Shown here: positions 48,730 through 61,536 of the stretch, piece by piece
Position numbering within the stretch: position 1 is the first letter of the stretch
How the letters are laid out: each line of letters starts with the position of its first letter
DNA from: Ramazzottius varieornatus
Taxonomy: Eukaryota; Animalia; Tardigrada
Assembly: GCA_001949185.1 (NCBI GenBank)
Contig: BDGG01000003.1
Span: 1,648,725 to 1,712,724, forward strand
Length of the DNA stretch: 64,000 bases
Direction: 5' to 3'
Made by a program: the position numbers and the translations under genes
Notes under the pieces: generated by a model
Told to the model about the DNA's origin: nothing
Database searches by the model: none
Seen by the model: only the letters and a program-made list of their open reading frames with translations

Positions 48730-50328
48730 ATGTTCGAGGATAGCTGGTCGCCCACTAAGAACCAAGATGGAAGCAGCCACAAGAACAGTACTAGTGTTAC
48801 ATTGGCTTCCTACCATCAATCTTCATCCGAAGACTCTGCCATCCAGTCAGCTTCGGACAGTGAATCTCCCCAGTACGAGCTGCATCTGAGCAAGGACTTC
48901 GCGAACCGCATGAACATGGCGCACAACCCGCGGGAAGAAGCAATCCATGGTAAACCCGCGAAACCACCCCGTGTTGATTTCAGTCTGCAATGTATCGGTT
49001 TCAGTTTTACCCTATACTGGTATGTCGAATCATCAACTCAGCTTACCGTCAGTGTTGTCTTGTTTGCAGCTGCCCATAACCCATCGGCTGGATCTGTTCG
49101 TCAATCGCCCATTGATATCCACAAGGCCAATGCGGTTTTTGATCCTCAACTGGAACAGAACCCGTTGAGGATAAGCTATCCTACCAAACTGAAAAATTGT
49201 TGGATGGAAAATACTGGACACACATGGAAACTTAATGTCGGAGACTCTAACCTTAGTGAGTTCCCACAAAGCTAATTTATTGGCTGAATATGGTTTTCAC
49301 CATTTTTTCACATAATTGTACTTGTGAAAAAATATCTGGTGTCTTGTTATGCGTGTGCGTTGCATGACGAACGTGGATTTCAGGCATTTCCGGAGGTCCC
49401 TTGTTTGGGCGTTGCCAGCTCGCTCAGATTCATGCTCATTGGGGAGGCGCTGACTCAAAGCACGGGTCGGAGCATCTGGTCAACAGCAAAAGCTACGCCG
49501 GCGAAATCCACTTCGTCCATTGGAATACCTCCAAGTGCGAGTCCATTGATGTCGCGCCACTTCACCCGGACGGTCTCGCTGTCATTGGAGTGTGCTTTAA
49601 GGTAACGAATCCTAAAAATGAGAAATATCGAATTTTGCGCGGCGCTCGATAAATATTCATCAAGTTTCCAACTCATACCCGCGTAGTTTCCGCCTTATAT
49701 AGTTGGTCCAGACAGGGAACCGCAGTTTTTTGTGAACAGCTACAATATGCTCGCGCCTCCTTTTCTCTACAACTGTTCACACAAGTACAGCGGTACAACG
49801 CGTTCAAGTTTTAAGGCCAGGCTTAAGTTTGTCCGCTTTGCAGATTGGAAGAGCACATCCCGAGTTGGAAAAGCTGACCAACGCCATGAAGTACATTCAG
49901 TATAGCGGCCAGCAAGTTCGCTTGAACGACAGCAAGATTGACATGCGACAGCTCCTTCCCCACGGTAAGTCCCTCACCTCCTTTAAAAACAAAATGAACG
50001 TTTCAATACTCAGTCACGGTGATGGACAGACACCTCTCGCTACTGGACCTACGAAGGTTCCCTGACCACTCCGCCCTACAACGACTGCGTAACATGGATC
50101 GTCATGAAGAACAAGATTGAGATTTCTCAACAACAGCTGGACGCCATGGCTTCCTTGTACCAGGATAGCCAGGACAAACTCCCAACCGGCATGTCCATGG
50201 ACCAGTGTCAAAAGATTTTGAACAACTACCGCCCTGTCCAGCACCAAAGCCGCGTCACTCTTCGTGCCAGCTTCCAACTTCCGCAGCGTCACGAAGGAAA
50301 AACTCATCAAGTCAAATTTACCTCGTAA
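48730..50328 (+). CDS. Alpha-carbonic anhydrase
   Basis: RQSPIDI, NTGHT, QIHAHWG (two Zn-binding His), [12 protein letters not shown] (third His), [33 protein letters not shown]; TATAAAG at 48556. Confidence 0.93.
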
Positions 50329-50591
50329 TGTATTGCCACCGTGAACTTTTTCCGAGTGCCTATATTCACGTTACTTTATATCAAACGCGGAATCTTTGCC
50401 TGCCGTGTGCCTTTTCCTTGTTATTTCTGTGCGAATTCGGTTGTTCGAACAATGTCGAACGTTGGAATTCTTTGTGCTTATTGAGTTATTCAAATCTACA
50501 ATTCACAAATAAATTAAGAAGTAAAATTCCGATATGAAATAACCCCAAGAGTTTAGTTACTTCAACTTAAGACTGAGCTCAGGGACGACTT

Positions 50592-51631
50592 TTACACGTA
50601 CAGGAATTTTGCTGCAATTCCAATGAGTATGTTGATGAGAAGCCACGACACCGTCCGTGTTAGCGAGCCGAAGAACTTCCTGACTGATCCGACGTCCTCT
50701 TTACAAGCCACCACGTCTGGCGTGGAAGGAGTACCTGGCTTGGCACTCTCCGAGGCGTTGGCGCTGGAGGCTGGACGACCGACCCGCGAACGAACCCACT
50801 GCGGCGGAATGGTGTCGACGAAGGTGTTGCCTGAGCCACCTGTTGCAGCTGGCCACAGTGTCATGGCGTGCTTCAGCCCAGCTAATGTTATGGAGCTTAT
50901 CCCACTTCGTATGGCTCTGGCTTGGAGGCGGACGTCGTTGGTGACTAGCCAGATGTTGGGGGAATGGTTCTGGCGAACTTGGACGCAAGTCAGCAAAACC
51001 TGCAACAAGGAAGCCATTTCGCGTACAAATCGGTGATTGATTGACTCAGGCGATTGATTGGCAAGGCATCGCTGGCAGCTGCGCATGGTGCACCGAGTTT
51101 AACATGGTGCGCAGCCAGTGCGCCAAGCACTGCGCGCACCATGTCTCGATCTCGGAAACGCTATGCTAATATTGATTGTCTGATTAACCACCAACAGAAG
51201 AGATGAAATTTCCTCGGAATTCCCGGCCAGCTTACCATCTCGTCGTTGTCTGCTTCGTGTTTCCTTAGAACGGTCACTTCTTGATACTCGAACTTATTTT
51301 GATAAGTGACACAGGTATCGCCGTGGACTGCGATCGAGTCGAGATACTCTAGAACTTTCTTGGCCTGTCCCGCTGTCGTCAGCGACGGATGCCAGCAGTG
51401 AGAAACATCTTCGGAAGCGATGCCCACCAATTCCGACCGGACGATCCAAGGAATCCGAACGTGAAGAGTAGAGGGTAGAGTTCCGAAGTTTCCGTTGACA
51501 AATTCCTCCAAGATTTCAACTATCGAGCGACGGTACTGAGCCGATTCGCCATTGTGGTTTGGGGAAGCTAAGAAGACATTGGTGTCGAGCACGAGGTGCA
51601 ACGGGTCCTTTACGCGTGGTCTCAATGACAT
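50592..51631 (-). CDS. PIN-domain (SWT1/PIN_4-like) ribonuclease with hydrophobic C-terminal tail, 267 aa
   Basis: Exons 51631-51236 and 50999-50592: LVLDTNVFL, IPWIVRSEL, ADNDEM|VLLTC, LVTNDVRLQARA; ends VSWLLINILIGIAAKFLYV*. Confidence 0.82.
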
Positions 51632-52029
51632 ATTCGCGACGGACACTTGACAACCTGTAACAAAATAAGTCGAAGGCACCTGCTAGTGAAGATGAGAGGT
51701 CAGAGCGAGCAACCGCGAGGGTTGCTTCTTCAGATTTCTTCCAGAAAGAATCTCGAAAAGGTCTGAAAGGCCGTGCAATCCTTGCCGATCCTTACGAGTA
51801 ATGATCGACTGATGCTCGTAGTTATTGGGCAAGTCGCTTGATTAGTTTATTGTATTATCGCCTGTTTCTTTCTTCAGATCTGCGAACACTAGCTTGCGGC
51901 ATCATATCAGCAGGCCTTGGGATAACCCTCTGAAGCCTCGAACGACCCTCCACAAAATTCCCTCGGAATGGGATCTTCAATCTGACACTCGTGGTCTGGA
52001 GCGGTCTTCATCTTGGCCTCGTCGAAGAA

Positions 52030-52748
52030 CCGTCTTGCATCATTAAATATTTATTCACACCATTCAGGGTGTCCAATATCGAACGTGGATGTATAGTGAC
52101 TTCCTTGTCACAGTACCTGTCTCTGACGCAGTACCACTTTGTCGAATGGCAGAAGGTTTCCGTCTCGATCAACATGGTTGTACTAGAACGTGACAAGGAA
52201 GTCCGAAACCTGCGACCCAGCTTTACTGTCGACGAAAGACCTGCTCAGTTTCGCATGCCAAATAGCCAGCGGTATGGATTACTTGGCTTCGCGGCCCCTT
52301 GTACACTGAAATCTTGCAGCGCGGAACATCATAGTGGATAAGGGGAAGATTGTTAAGATATCCGATTTCGGTAGGGCTCGGCACAAAGGGGAGTACGTAT
52401 TGCAGGACGAAGCCTTTGGGCTGACTATCCAATGGATGTCGCCCACCGCAGTCCTCAGCTCGACATTCAACGATAGCAGCGATGTTTTGTCTTACGGGGT
52501 CTTGTCATGGAAGATGTTCACGCTAGACAAAGTACGTTACGAACAGCGGAAGATCGGTGGTAACGTCGCAGAAAGGACTGCGGCTGCCGAAACTTGAGCT
52601 TTGTCCCACCCATATGCGAGTCCCGACGATCTCATCCAAGTTTCTTCGAGATGCACCCTCTTTCAATTCGACAAAAATTGTATTATCCTACGTTTTCAGG
52701 TATCAACAGATGAGGAACTGCTGGATTTTTGAGTACGGTACGAGCTAG
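52030..52748 (+). pseudogene. Receptor tyrosine kinase domain pseudogene (FGFR/RET-like)
   Basis: DLLSFACQIASGMDYLASRPLVH*NLAARN (stop in the HRD motif), VKISDFGRAR, WMSP, SDVLSYGV; frameshift before GLRLPK; YQQMRNCW. Confidence 0.82.
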
Positions 52749-53094
52749 AGGACATAATTCGGCCGTACCTGTTTTTGGGACATAGTTCTGACGGCGTAAA
52801 CAGAGTGACTATTATCGTCAACGCTTGATTGATTTCTCATCGTACGCCTGTAGATACAAATTTTGGCTCTTTAACATTAGGTGAACCTCTCTTCCTCCCA
52901 AGAGCAGTTTTTTCGATCCTCAACTTCTCTTCATCTTACAACCTATCCAGAACTCAAGGACATAAATTTTTCCACTCAGTTCTCTTTGCTTCAGTATTGC
53001 TCTGCTCAATGATTCGTATTTCCACTGTGCTTTTTGCCGTTCCTATTGCATTGTGATTTTAATGATATTCTATTTTTACTTGAGAAGAGGGTAA

Positions 53095-53414
53095 TGTCAC
53101 GGGTACGTAACGATGCATCACTTTGACCGCCATCGTTACGTATCCGCGCAGGGTTTCCCAAGCATAGCTGCACGTCCGCAGCGCGCTTGAGTCACCCTCG
53201 AACGAAACCAGGTCGATCTCACGAACCTGAGTCATACTGATACCCAGAGGTCGCTATATAAGCGAGGCTCTGGGCTCCTTTGTGGCGTCTCCCCTAGTTA
53301 GTCTTGCTACTTCCTGGTTTGTGTCGGAACTCCACATTAAAACCCTGGACGGTCTATTGATTGTTTAATTCAACTTATGGTTTCTGAGGTACTCCACCTG
53401 TGCGCCACGTGACA
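53095..53414 (+). mobile_element. Solo LTR (Ty3/gypsy-like), 320 bp
   Basis: TGTCACG...CGTGACA termini, near-perfect 4-bp TSD (GTAA/GTAC), internal TATATAAG (~53255) and ATTAAA (~53336). Confidence 0.7.
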
Positions 53415-53703
53415 GTACCGTACTGTCGTGTACGTTACTTTTATTGTTTTTCCATTTTGCTGACGTCTCGAATAAAGTCTCACCAGCTCAACCAACTTCA
53501 CAATCACGAACAGTGACGGAAAAAAGGGTACCGTCAACTTGACGGCGTCAAGTCAGAAAACCATACAAACTGGAACATCACAAACTCACCGGAAAACCGT
53601 GGAAAACATTTCCTCTGAACTGAAAATATAGGAATAGCGTACATATAACTGCCTCTGGTTTATGAAGAGCTTAGAACTGGAAACGCAGGTAGAAGTTATG
53701 AGA

Positions 53704-56559
53704 TCAATCGCGTTCTAAATCAGGATGCGACAATATGCCGCAAAGTTCTTTCGTAATTTCTTTGGTTGCTCCAGCCACCACACGACGCGCCATCTGGTCG
53801 AAATCCCCACCTGCAATAACCCACGCAATCCAGTCAGTGGCAAGTCTCGTCCATCTGTACATTAGAAAGGAACATGCAGAAGGTAAAGACAAACCTGTTG
53901 GGTCGCAGACATATCCTCCAGCTTCTCGTACGATGATACTCCCAGCGGCGACATCCCAACAGTGAATCCCGTACTCGTAATTGATATCACCGGCACCCTT
54001 CGCTACCATGCACAGGTTCAGCGCCGCGGATCCTAACGCCCGAATCCTGAAAACGAAATTAAAGCAGCTAGCATCGGTTTCCGAAGTGCCTCACATTTCT
54101 ATTCAATATTACTGAAACCGTGCGCCACCCGGAAGAACGATCTGGTCAAATGTCGGAATCTGACATAGAGAATGGATTTCGGTGTCAGTAATTTACGGTA
54201 AAAAAATAATTTGCTGTTCGCCATAACATACGTTCGGGAAGCAGCACCTGCCCGCCCGAAAATAAGTTTTCTTTCAGAAACGTTTTTATTGCAGTTTTTA
54301 ATTAGCCGAAGTAAATGATAAATTCATTAAACTACTGTTGCTCTGCCGGTTTCGGGGGAGAAAAAAACATTTGTTGAGAAAGATGACGTTTTTGAGCTAT
54401 CTTATCCCACCCGGCAGTTTTCCAAACAGGACATGCTTTGTCATAACTGGAACGGGCAATCTATAGCCCTCTCGTTGTCGTACGTTTTGAGATGTAGCGT
54501 AGATTTTTAAAACCGCTGGTGGTAACAAAAGAATCTTTCTGGCAAAGGAGTGAAAATTTTCAAAATCACGCCACAGACTGCACCAGCTCCAGCAATCGAC
54601 CGCAAGGTTAAGGTGGAGCTTCCGTATGCTCACACGAAAGACAACACCGTACACTATGCTCAGTAAAATGGAAGGGATCGAAAAATCGCTTCAAACCACA
54701 GGTAAAATTTTTTCAGTTAAGCGTTCGCAAAACGAAAATTCCATGCTGAAAGACCTATACATCGGGTTTTCGAGATTTTCTAAAACCGATCGACATTTTT
54801 GCTGATAAAAATGAATCCAGTCTAATTCGTTATCAATTTCCCAGTTAATCATAAGCTCACACCATAAGACTAGAACCCACGCCGGTTTGTTGTAGTTCCG
54901 AAGGAATTTGCGCTCTTGTCAATTAACCAGTAATGTTTGACGAACTATCAGTCTGCAAGAAATACGGCATCTCAACAACGGGTCGGTCAGAGGCTCCCCG
55001 CGTGGTCGTGGTTTCGCAGAGGTCCACAATGAAGAAATCATTAGCCTACCCGAGGACACATATGATGACCACATATGACCACGGGTAGGCTAATGATTTT
55101 GCATCGTACGAATTTTGGACTGGCTTCTCGTACATGGTAACTTTTTGTATGCTGACTGTAGCTTCTGAGGCCAACTTCTTTCATGGAGCCATTGATAAAT
55201 AAATTTTTAATAATTTAAATTAAAGATTTTGGAACGATCTGGCAAATGCACCCGCCCCGTTATGGCGAACAAAACCTTTTCACCTGCCTAAGAACCATAC
55301 ATTTATTACGTAAGCATTTGATATCAGGAGGTCCGAGCACTACCCACCCCAAGTAAGCAAACTCAATCCATCAACTGGCTTTTGCATAATGGGCCGTAAG
55401 ATTCCGGCGACCACTACCCATCCCTGCCTAATAAGCTAATAAATATCAGTGGACAGTTTAAAGATCAATTTACCCATGAGCGTTGGTCGAAAGTACGGCC
55501 TTGAAGTTTTTGTAGAAGCAATCCATTCTTAACGGATCGCGAGCCGCACCCACTTCCGTGATTACGAGTGATCCTTGCAGGGCTACAGTCAGAAACGAAA
55601 TCGATACACTATTCAATGAAGTTGCCTCTTCCTGACAGGGGCTAATGAAAACAAGTTGGAAACAAGGCGGAGTGATCGGATAAGACTCATTCACTTACTA
55701 GTTGCATGAGTTACTTTGATGGGAAGTCCGTTGCAGAAAGCTCCCTGCCCCACGACGGCAGTATACATCTCGTCGGCCATTACATGGTAAATTATCCCTG
55801 CTACCAGCTGCAAAACGTAAACCATTCTTCCAGACAATCTGTCGAACTGGAAACCGCTCCAAGAAAGTTGGTTAAAGATAATCAGACATGAAAAGCATCA
55901 GCAGTATTTTCTAAGACTCGTCCACTAGTGTCATCCTAAAATCTAACGGAATATTCGTAGTAAATTCAGTTCCGACTTGAAATTACCTCCTTGTTTATGG
56001 AAAGCCCGATGGAAACTGCGACATAAGGAAAGGTATGTACGAAATTTGTGGTCCCGTCGATCGGATCTGGAAACCATAAAGAGTATTTATGCTTAGATAA
56101 GGCTTTGAAATAATTCCTGATGGTTTTCTGTCTTACCGATTATCCACGTCGGTGCATCTGTAAGACTGACTTTCAGACCTCCAGCAACGGATTCTTCTCC
56201 GATGAACCTGCAAGACCGAGGACGTCTTTTCAGGGGCGAGAAATGCCATCGATATTGTACTTACTGATGATCGGGGTATCGTTCTTTCAGGGAGTTAATG
56301 ATGAAAGTTTCCACCGCCTTGTCGGTTTCGGTAACGAGATCTACCACGGAAGACTTCAAGTCGAAAGATTTTTCCATAACAATAGCTCTCCGAATAGTCT
56401 GCAACAACACGTCACGCTGAGAGAATCTCGATTACATAACAGCTCACCGGAAACACCTGGATGACTACAAGCTCAGCTTACCTCTCCAGCTTCCTTCGCC
56501 ACAAACTCGGCGAACAAGGCAAATGCCTGAATGTCCGAGGTACTCCCCGTTACAGGCAT
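53704..56559 (-). CDS. IMPA1: Inositol monophosphatase
   Basis: AKEAGE|, [21 protein letters not shown]|[38 protein letters not shown]. Confidence 0.93.
55035..55099. repeat. 65-nt hairpin with an 18-bp perfect stem in the IMPA intron
   Basis: AAATCATTAGCCTACCCG ... CGGGTAGGCTAATGATTT. Confidence 0.8.
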
Positions 56560-57241
56560 CTTCCAGCTGGCGTAGAAATGTTCCAGGTATTAAGTCCACG
56601 GAAGATGTGCGGTTGGACTTACCCGAACCGGAGGAAGATGGAATCGGCCGAATCGCCCAGAAAATTTCGAAGTCACAAAAATTCCGAAGATTGTCTGACA
56701 AGAACCCCCGGGGCGAAAATTCTAATATAACCGCAGCCTTGCGCAGACTCCAGAGTGACACTGGTTTAAATCTTATAGGGTGACTGGGGTGAGTCCTGGG
56801 TAACCCCCTTCCGACGCCAGGGGACTTTTTGATAGTTCGTACTTCCAGCTTAAGGAGGTCGATCTTTCCTGACAGTAGTTAGCTGACAGTCTTGCTGGGC
56901 TTCTAAGAAAGATGAAACGCCAACAAACTTCATTGTTCGTAACGGGAGAGGGAAGAAAAGTATAATACAACAGAGGGTGGAAGCACCCATGGGGAGGTGA
57001 GCAAACTGTACAATAAAAAATAAGGCATCAATATAATCATCAGGGTGTCTGCATCATTTCGCTTCAAACGAGTGCATTGAACCACACAAATTTGTCAAAA
57101 AAAAGACGTTAGGTACGTTAAGTATCACAGCGCCTCTTACGGCTATCTGAAATCTCACAGCAAACTGTCTTTTCCGCGCACCGAATACGCATCACGCAAC
57201 TTCAGCGGTTTTCATCAGGAACACGACTTCCCACATTAAAC

Positions 57242-59140
57242 TCATTCTGCTGCTTCGTGATCCACGCGAGATCGCATGAGAAGGTAGACGACGGATTCAT
57301 ATACACACATGGTCACGGCTGAAAGCAGACAAAACGATCAAATACCCAGAAGACCCAAATTAACAGGACTGAAGCCGTCGAGGTCCGCCGGCACACACCC
57401 ACATACTCGCACCGTGCTCTGTAATTAACGTATTAGTACTAATCGGTGTATGCGAGTGTAGCCCTTGCTAGCCGACCTCCAAACTACCTCTCGAACAACC
57501 ATTCCTACTGACACAAGAGTTTCGAAGGACAAAAACTACCTGTGTTTGGGATCTGTCGTATCAAGTGAGCAGTTAGACCACGATAAAGACCGCGGTATCC
57601 TTCTTCTTTTGCTACAACGGATAAAGTTTGCCAAAACGAGCGGTATTTCGTTCCTTCTTGACGTAGTCTCGTCCGAGCCACTTCTGAAGAAAGAAGGAAC
57701 AGTAAAGTCAGATTTGTATGGTACAGTTGCTTCTTTCCTGTCATGAGCTGGGTGAAGTAAATAAGTGGGAGATGGACAACAAACCGTGGGGATAGGCCAG
57801 GGTCGAAGCGATGGTTTTGCTGCAGGCAGCTGCTCCCATGAATCGAACGAAATCTTTGGTGGAGCGATCTTCCAGTACTCCGGGTCGAACATGGTCAGCA
57901 AGGATTTTGGATTTGATAGTCTCGTAAATGCAAAAGTGGATGATGGTTTCGGAAACCCCAAAGTAGGAGGCGCTGATACCCTTGTAGAACCCGAGTACAC
58001 CGCTAGTCCTGTAAATCTTTTTGGCCACCTCTAGGGCGCTCAAACTTCCGTCCTTTCTGCAAAACGATACAAAACTAAATCTACCGATCTACATATTTCC
58101 ACGGAGAATCAAAGGGTAGAAAATAAATGGTCGTTACCTTTGATCCAGTTGTAGCCTCGTCTTGACAAACCATACAGGGTTCGTAACAGTGCAAGCGGAA
58201 ATTCCTGTAATGGGATACGTAAATGACAGATTCACAATGCAAATGAACGAGAGACCGAACGGTGTGCAATGCGGATCGATTTTCCGCAGGAGGTGCCGCA
58301 CCTGCAGTTCCGGCGGAGCAAATGTGGACGAGAGGACTGTTGGGCGGTAGACGATCGTTGAAGAAAGCTTTCGATGTTGAGTAGAAGGAAAAGTATATGG
58401 CTCGGGAAGGAGCAACGCCGAAAACCGTCGGTGCAAGGCCTTTGAAGAGTCCTCTTGGTCCTTCCGTTTCGACGATATACCTGTTGCATGTCAAACGTAA
58501 AACTAACTCTGACAGATGATGGCTATTAAAACTGGGAAGTGAAAGGATATTCTTACTTGAGGCAACGGACCAGCTTTAGGTTACGGAATAGTCCACGCGG
58601 TGCTGAGTCTTTTGTCGGGGTACTCCTGTCAGTGAGCGTGGAGGTTGGAGAGGCTCCTATAAGACATGCTTGAAGTCCACGAAGACGAAGATACTGAAGA
58701 GATGGCTCACGTTTGGGTCTCACGTCGTCGAAGGTGGCCACCGAAGACTGAAGGCGTGTCTTGACTACTTCCAGGGGACATGTAACAATGGCGCCAGCTG
58801 TTCCTCCAGCACTGCAAAGTCAGAAAGTCATCAGGAAGTTGTAATCACGCAAAAGCGACGTGACACAAGTACTATCCTATAGACCGCGCATTGATGTCAA
58901 GACACCAACACCATGCACCTGTGAACCTAATCAGACAAACTGTGTAAACGCATTACGTCATTCGCCACTTCGAGCAAACTGGCGCACACTTCCATCAACA
59001 ATCAATGGACAGTACCAGCTATAAGAAAATCAGCTGATTTATTCGGAAATTTTGAGCAAAGGTTTTGCTGACCATCTGGCAGGAGCGCCGGACATGACTT
59101 ACCCGCCAGCAACAAGATGTACCAAGGTGTCCGAGGACAT
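57242..59140 (-). CDS. SLC25A36: Mitochondrial pyrimidine nucleotide carrier SLC25A33/36 (Rim2)
   Basis: HLVAGG|[61 protein letters not shown]|[18 protein letters not shown]; three carrier repeats. Confidence 0.9.
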
Positions 59141-60147
59141 AGCCCCAACCTAGTCATTCATTGCTCCAAGTATACGATGCTGAATAAAAATAAAAGCAAA
59201 AGATGCAGCGCACTGAGCCACCGGAAGAGGTGAAATCCGGACAGCTATTGCACATCCTGCTGGCTGCGGCAAATGAGTACGGCGAAGGTAGATTCAGTAG
59301 GGCATACGGATCATCCCTGGTAGTTGGATATCTCGCCGAGATTATTCCTTGAGGAAGCTTACGGACGCAGAAGCGACCAAGTACAGAAGGAACGAAGTGA
59401 AAACTGGAATATGCGGAATTGCGGATTGAGGAAAAATAGAACTTTCGGACTTTCGATTTTCACATGCGCAGTCTTGTGGGTCGACCCCGATTAGCCACTT
59501 CAATCAAATCAAAAACTCCCAAAGCTCAGAATCAAGTTCCTTTTCAATTTTCGCATCTTTAGTTTAGACTCCAGGGTTCCGAATTGCGAAGAGCAGTAAC
59601 ATTCCTCTTTCATCAGGAAACTCGAGAACATCTTCAACGTAATGGTTCTCCCGTCAAGGAACGTCTGCTCGACGAAATCTTCGGTAAGTGTTGCAATTAG
59701 AGTATTGTCGAAAGAGGGACTGACGACGAGCCTCCAGCACTCGAGTGACCAGTGACCACTGACTGAGTTCCGTTACCCGAGAGCGATTTTCCGAAAAAGC
59801 TTCAAACTTATCTGGATAGTAAAGTGAAACCTACTACTTTCTCAGGCTAGGACATACCGACTGCAAACCACGACCGCGAAAGCGAACACACTTCCTTGAA
59901 CTGATTACCCAAACGTCAGAACTGAATAAAATAAGAAGCAGTGTACGATTAAGCGATAAAATTGCGTTCGACGAGAAGAGTAACCATCGAACAAACGCAG
60001 TTCCTTCTGCAACGTTCTGCCAGAAAAAATAGATTGGTATGGTACTACATCCAGAAACTACTCAAGTGAAGAAGAAAGAAAACGTAAGACAGCGTTTCGA
60101 TAAAATCTTTCTGGATTCGAACTTTCCGTTTCTTCTTCGATCTCTCC

Positions 60148-60859
60148 TCAGTCGATCCCCAGTGTTTTTCTGGCCAAAATCTGCGCTCTTCGCTTGAAAT
60201 CATCGCGGTTTTCCCGATACGTTTTGGCGGCGTCAACGTTAGCCGGACTTTCGTCATTGGGTTCAGCCAACATGCTCATCACAGACAGCAATATCTTCTC
60301 GATACTCTGAACGGGACTCCAGCGTTCGGCGCTGGTCTCGTAACCCATCGGATCATCGCCCGGAGGATGTAGGATAGAGATACAGACCCGGCCGTCCGGA
60401 TAGATGTTGGGGTGAAACATCTCGCACGTGAAAACCATCTTCGGTGGACTCAACGGATAGTCGGAAGGAAACGTTAGCTTTGTGGGGAAGATGCCTCCTT
60501 CGAAGAATGTGCCTTCCGGTCCAGGAATCAGCGCCTCCCATTCAAAGTAGTTCTCATCACTCACGGGTCCAGCCATGATGCCTGCAAGCAACCGAAGCAA
60601 GGATAATTTTCCTCCAGAATTAAAAAACACGTTACCGCACTCATCAAAACAGTTATGCAGTGTCATGAAACCGATCTACGGTGGGAAAAACCACGTGACC
60701 TGCCATATAAGCGTGAAAGTCACGGTATCGACAATTGTACTGCAGAAGGCCGTTTCGATATCTGCGGTGCGTCAACAGCTTAATAAGCTCACCTTCCGGA
60801 GGATCCTGTAGCAGTTGCTTGTATTCAGCCATCAGGCGCTTCAAAGCTGGTCCAGCCAT
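60148..60859 (-). CDS. UBE2G2: Ubiquitin-conjugating enzyme E2 G2 (Ubc7)
   Basis: [19 protein letters not shown]|GIMAGP; [46 protein letters not shown]. Confidence 0.96.
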
Positions 60860-61536
60860 CTTGTCTTCGTCCGGGAGAAAACTTTACTACAACACCGTTA
60901 TCCGGAAATGGAAGAAAGGCTCCGATACAGACAAGACAAGCCTCTGGAAGTTCCGTAAAGTACAGCTGAGAATGAAGATCGGAAAAATGAAACCTAGTCA
61001 GGTCACATTAGAGACTGTACACTTTGCGGCATGACAAAAGTAAGGGTTAGCTTGTCGTCGACCGGTAAACACCAGAAAAGGCAGGCCGATGAATGTTCAC
61101 TCTCGCCTTTGAACTAACGCATGGAAAATACGAGAAAATGAAACGTCCGAATAACGCCCTGTACGGCGTACGTCATGAATTTCTTCACCAGTCCTACTTC
61201 CCTCATGACGTAACGGGCATTGTTCCTGTCAGATGGATCGAAGCGCGTCACAACACCAATCAGCTGATGAGTTTGGCACCACCGGAGTGACAACCGACAG
61301 GAAAACTTTCATTCCCATTTTTTCTCCTTCCGTTTCCAGTGGATCTTCCAGGAGTACCAGGACCGGCCAGCCCTGTCGCAGCAAGGTGCTCAACAGGGGA
61401 CGTCACCGAGGATCGTGGAATACATGCGAGAACGGAACTGCGTTGAAGAATACCTTGGTAAACTGGCTGACGTATATCCCACGTTATTTTCAAAAACGAA
61501 TAATCCTTATTCCGGTTGAGCAGGAGCTGCACGAGG

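Noticed and set aside
54210-55275. GTTCGCCATAAC inverted pair as element TIRs in the IMPA intron
   Set aside because: Only 12 bp match, with no TSD or extended arm identity.
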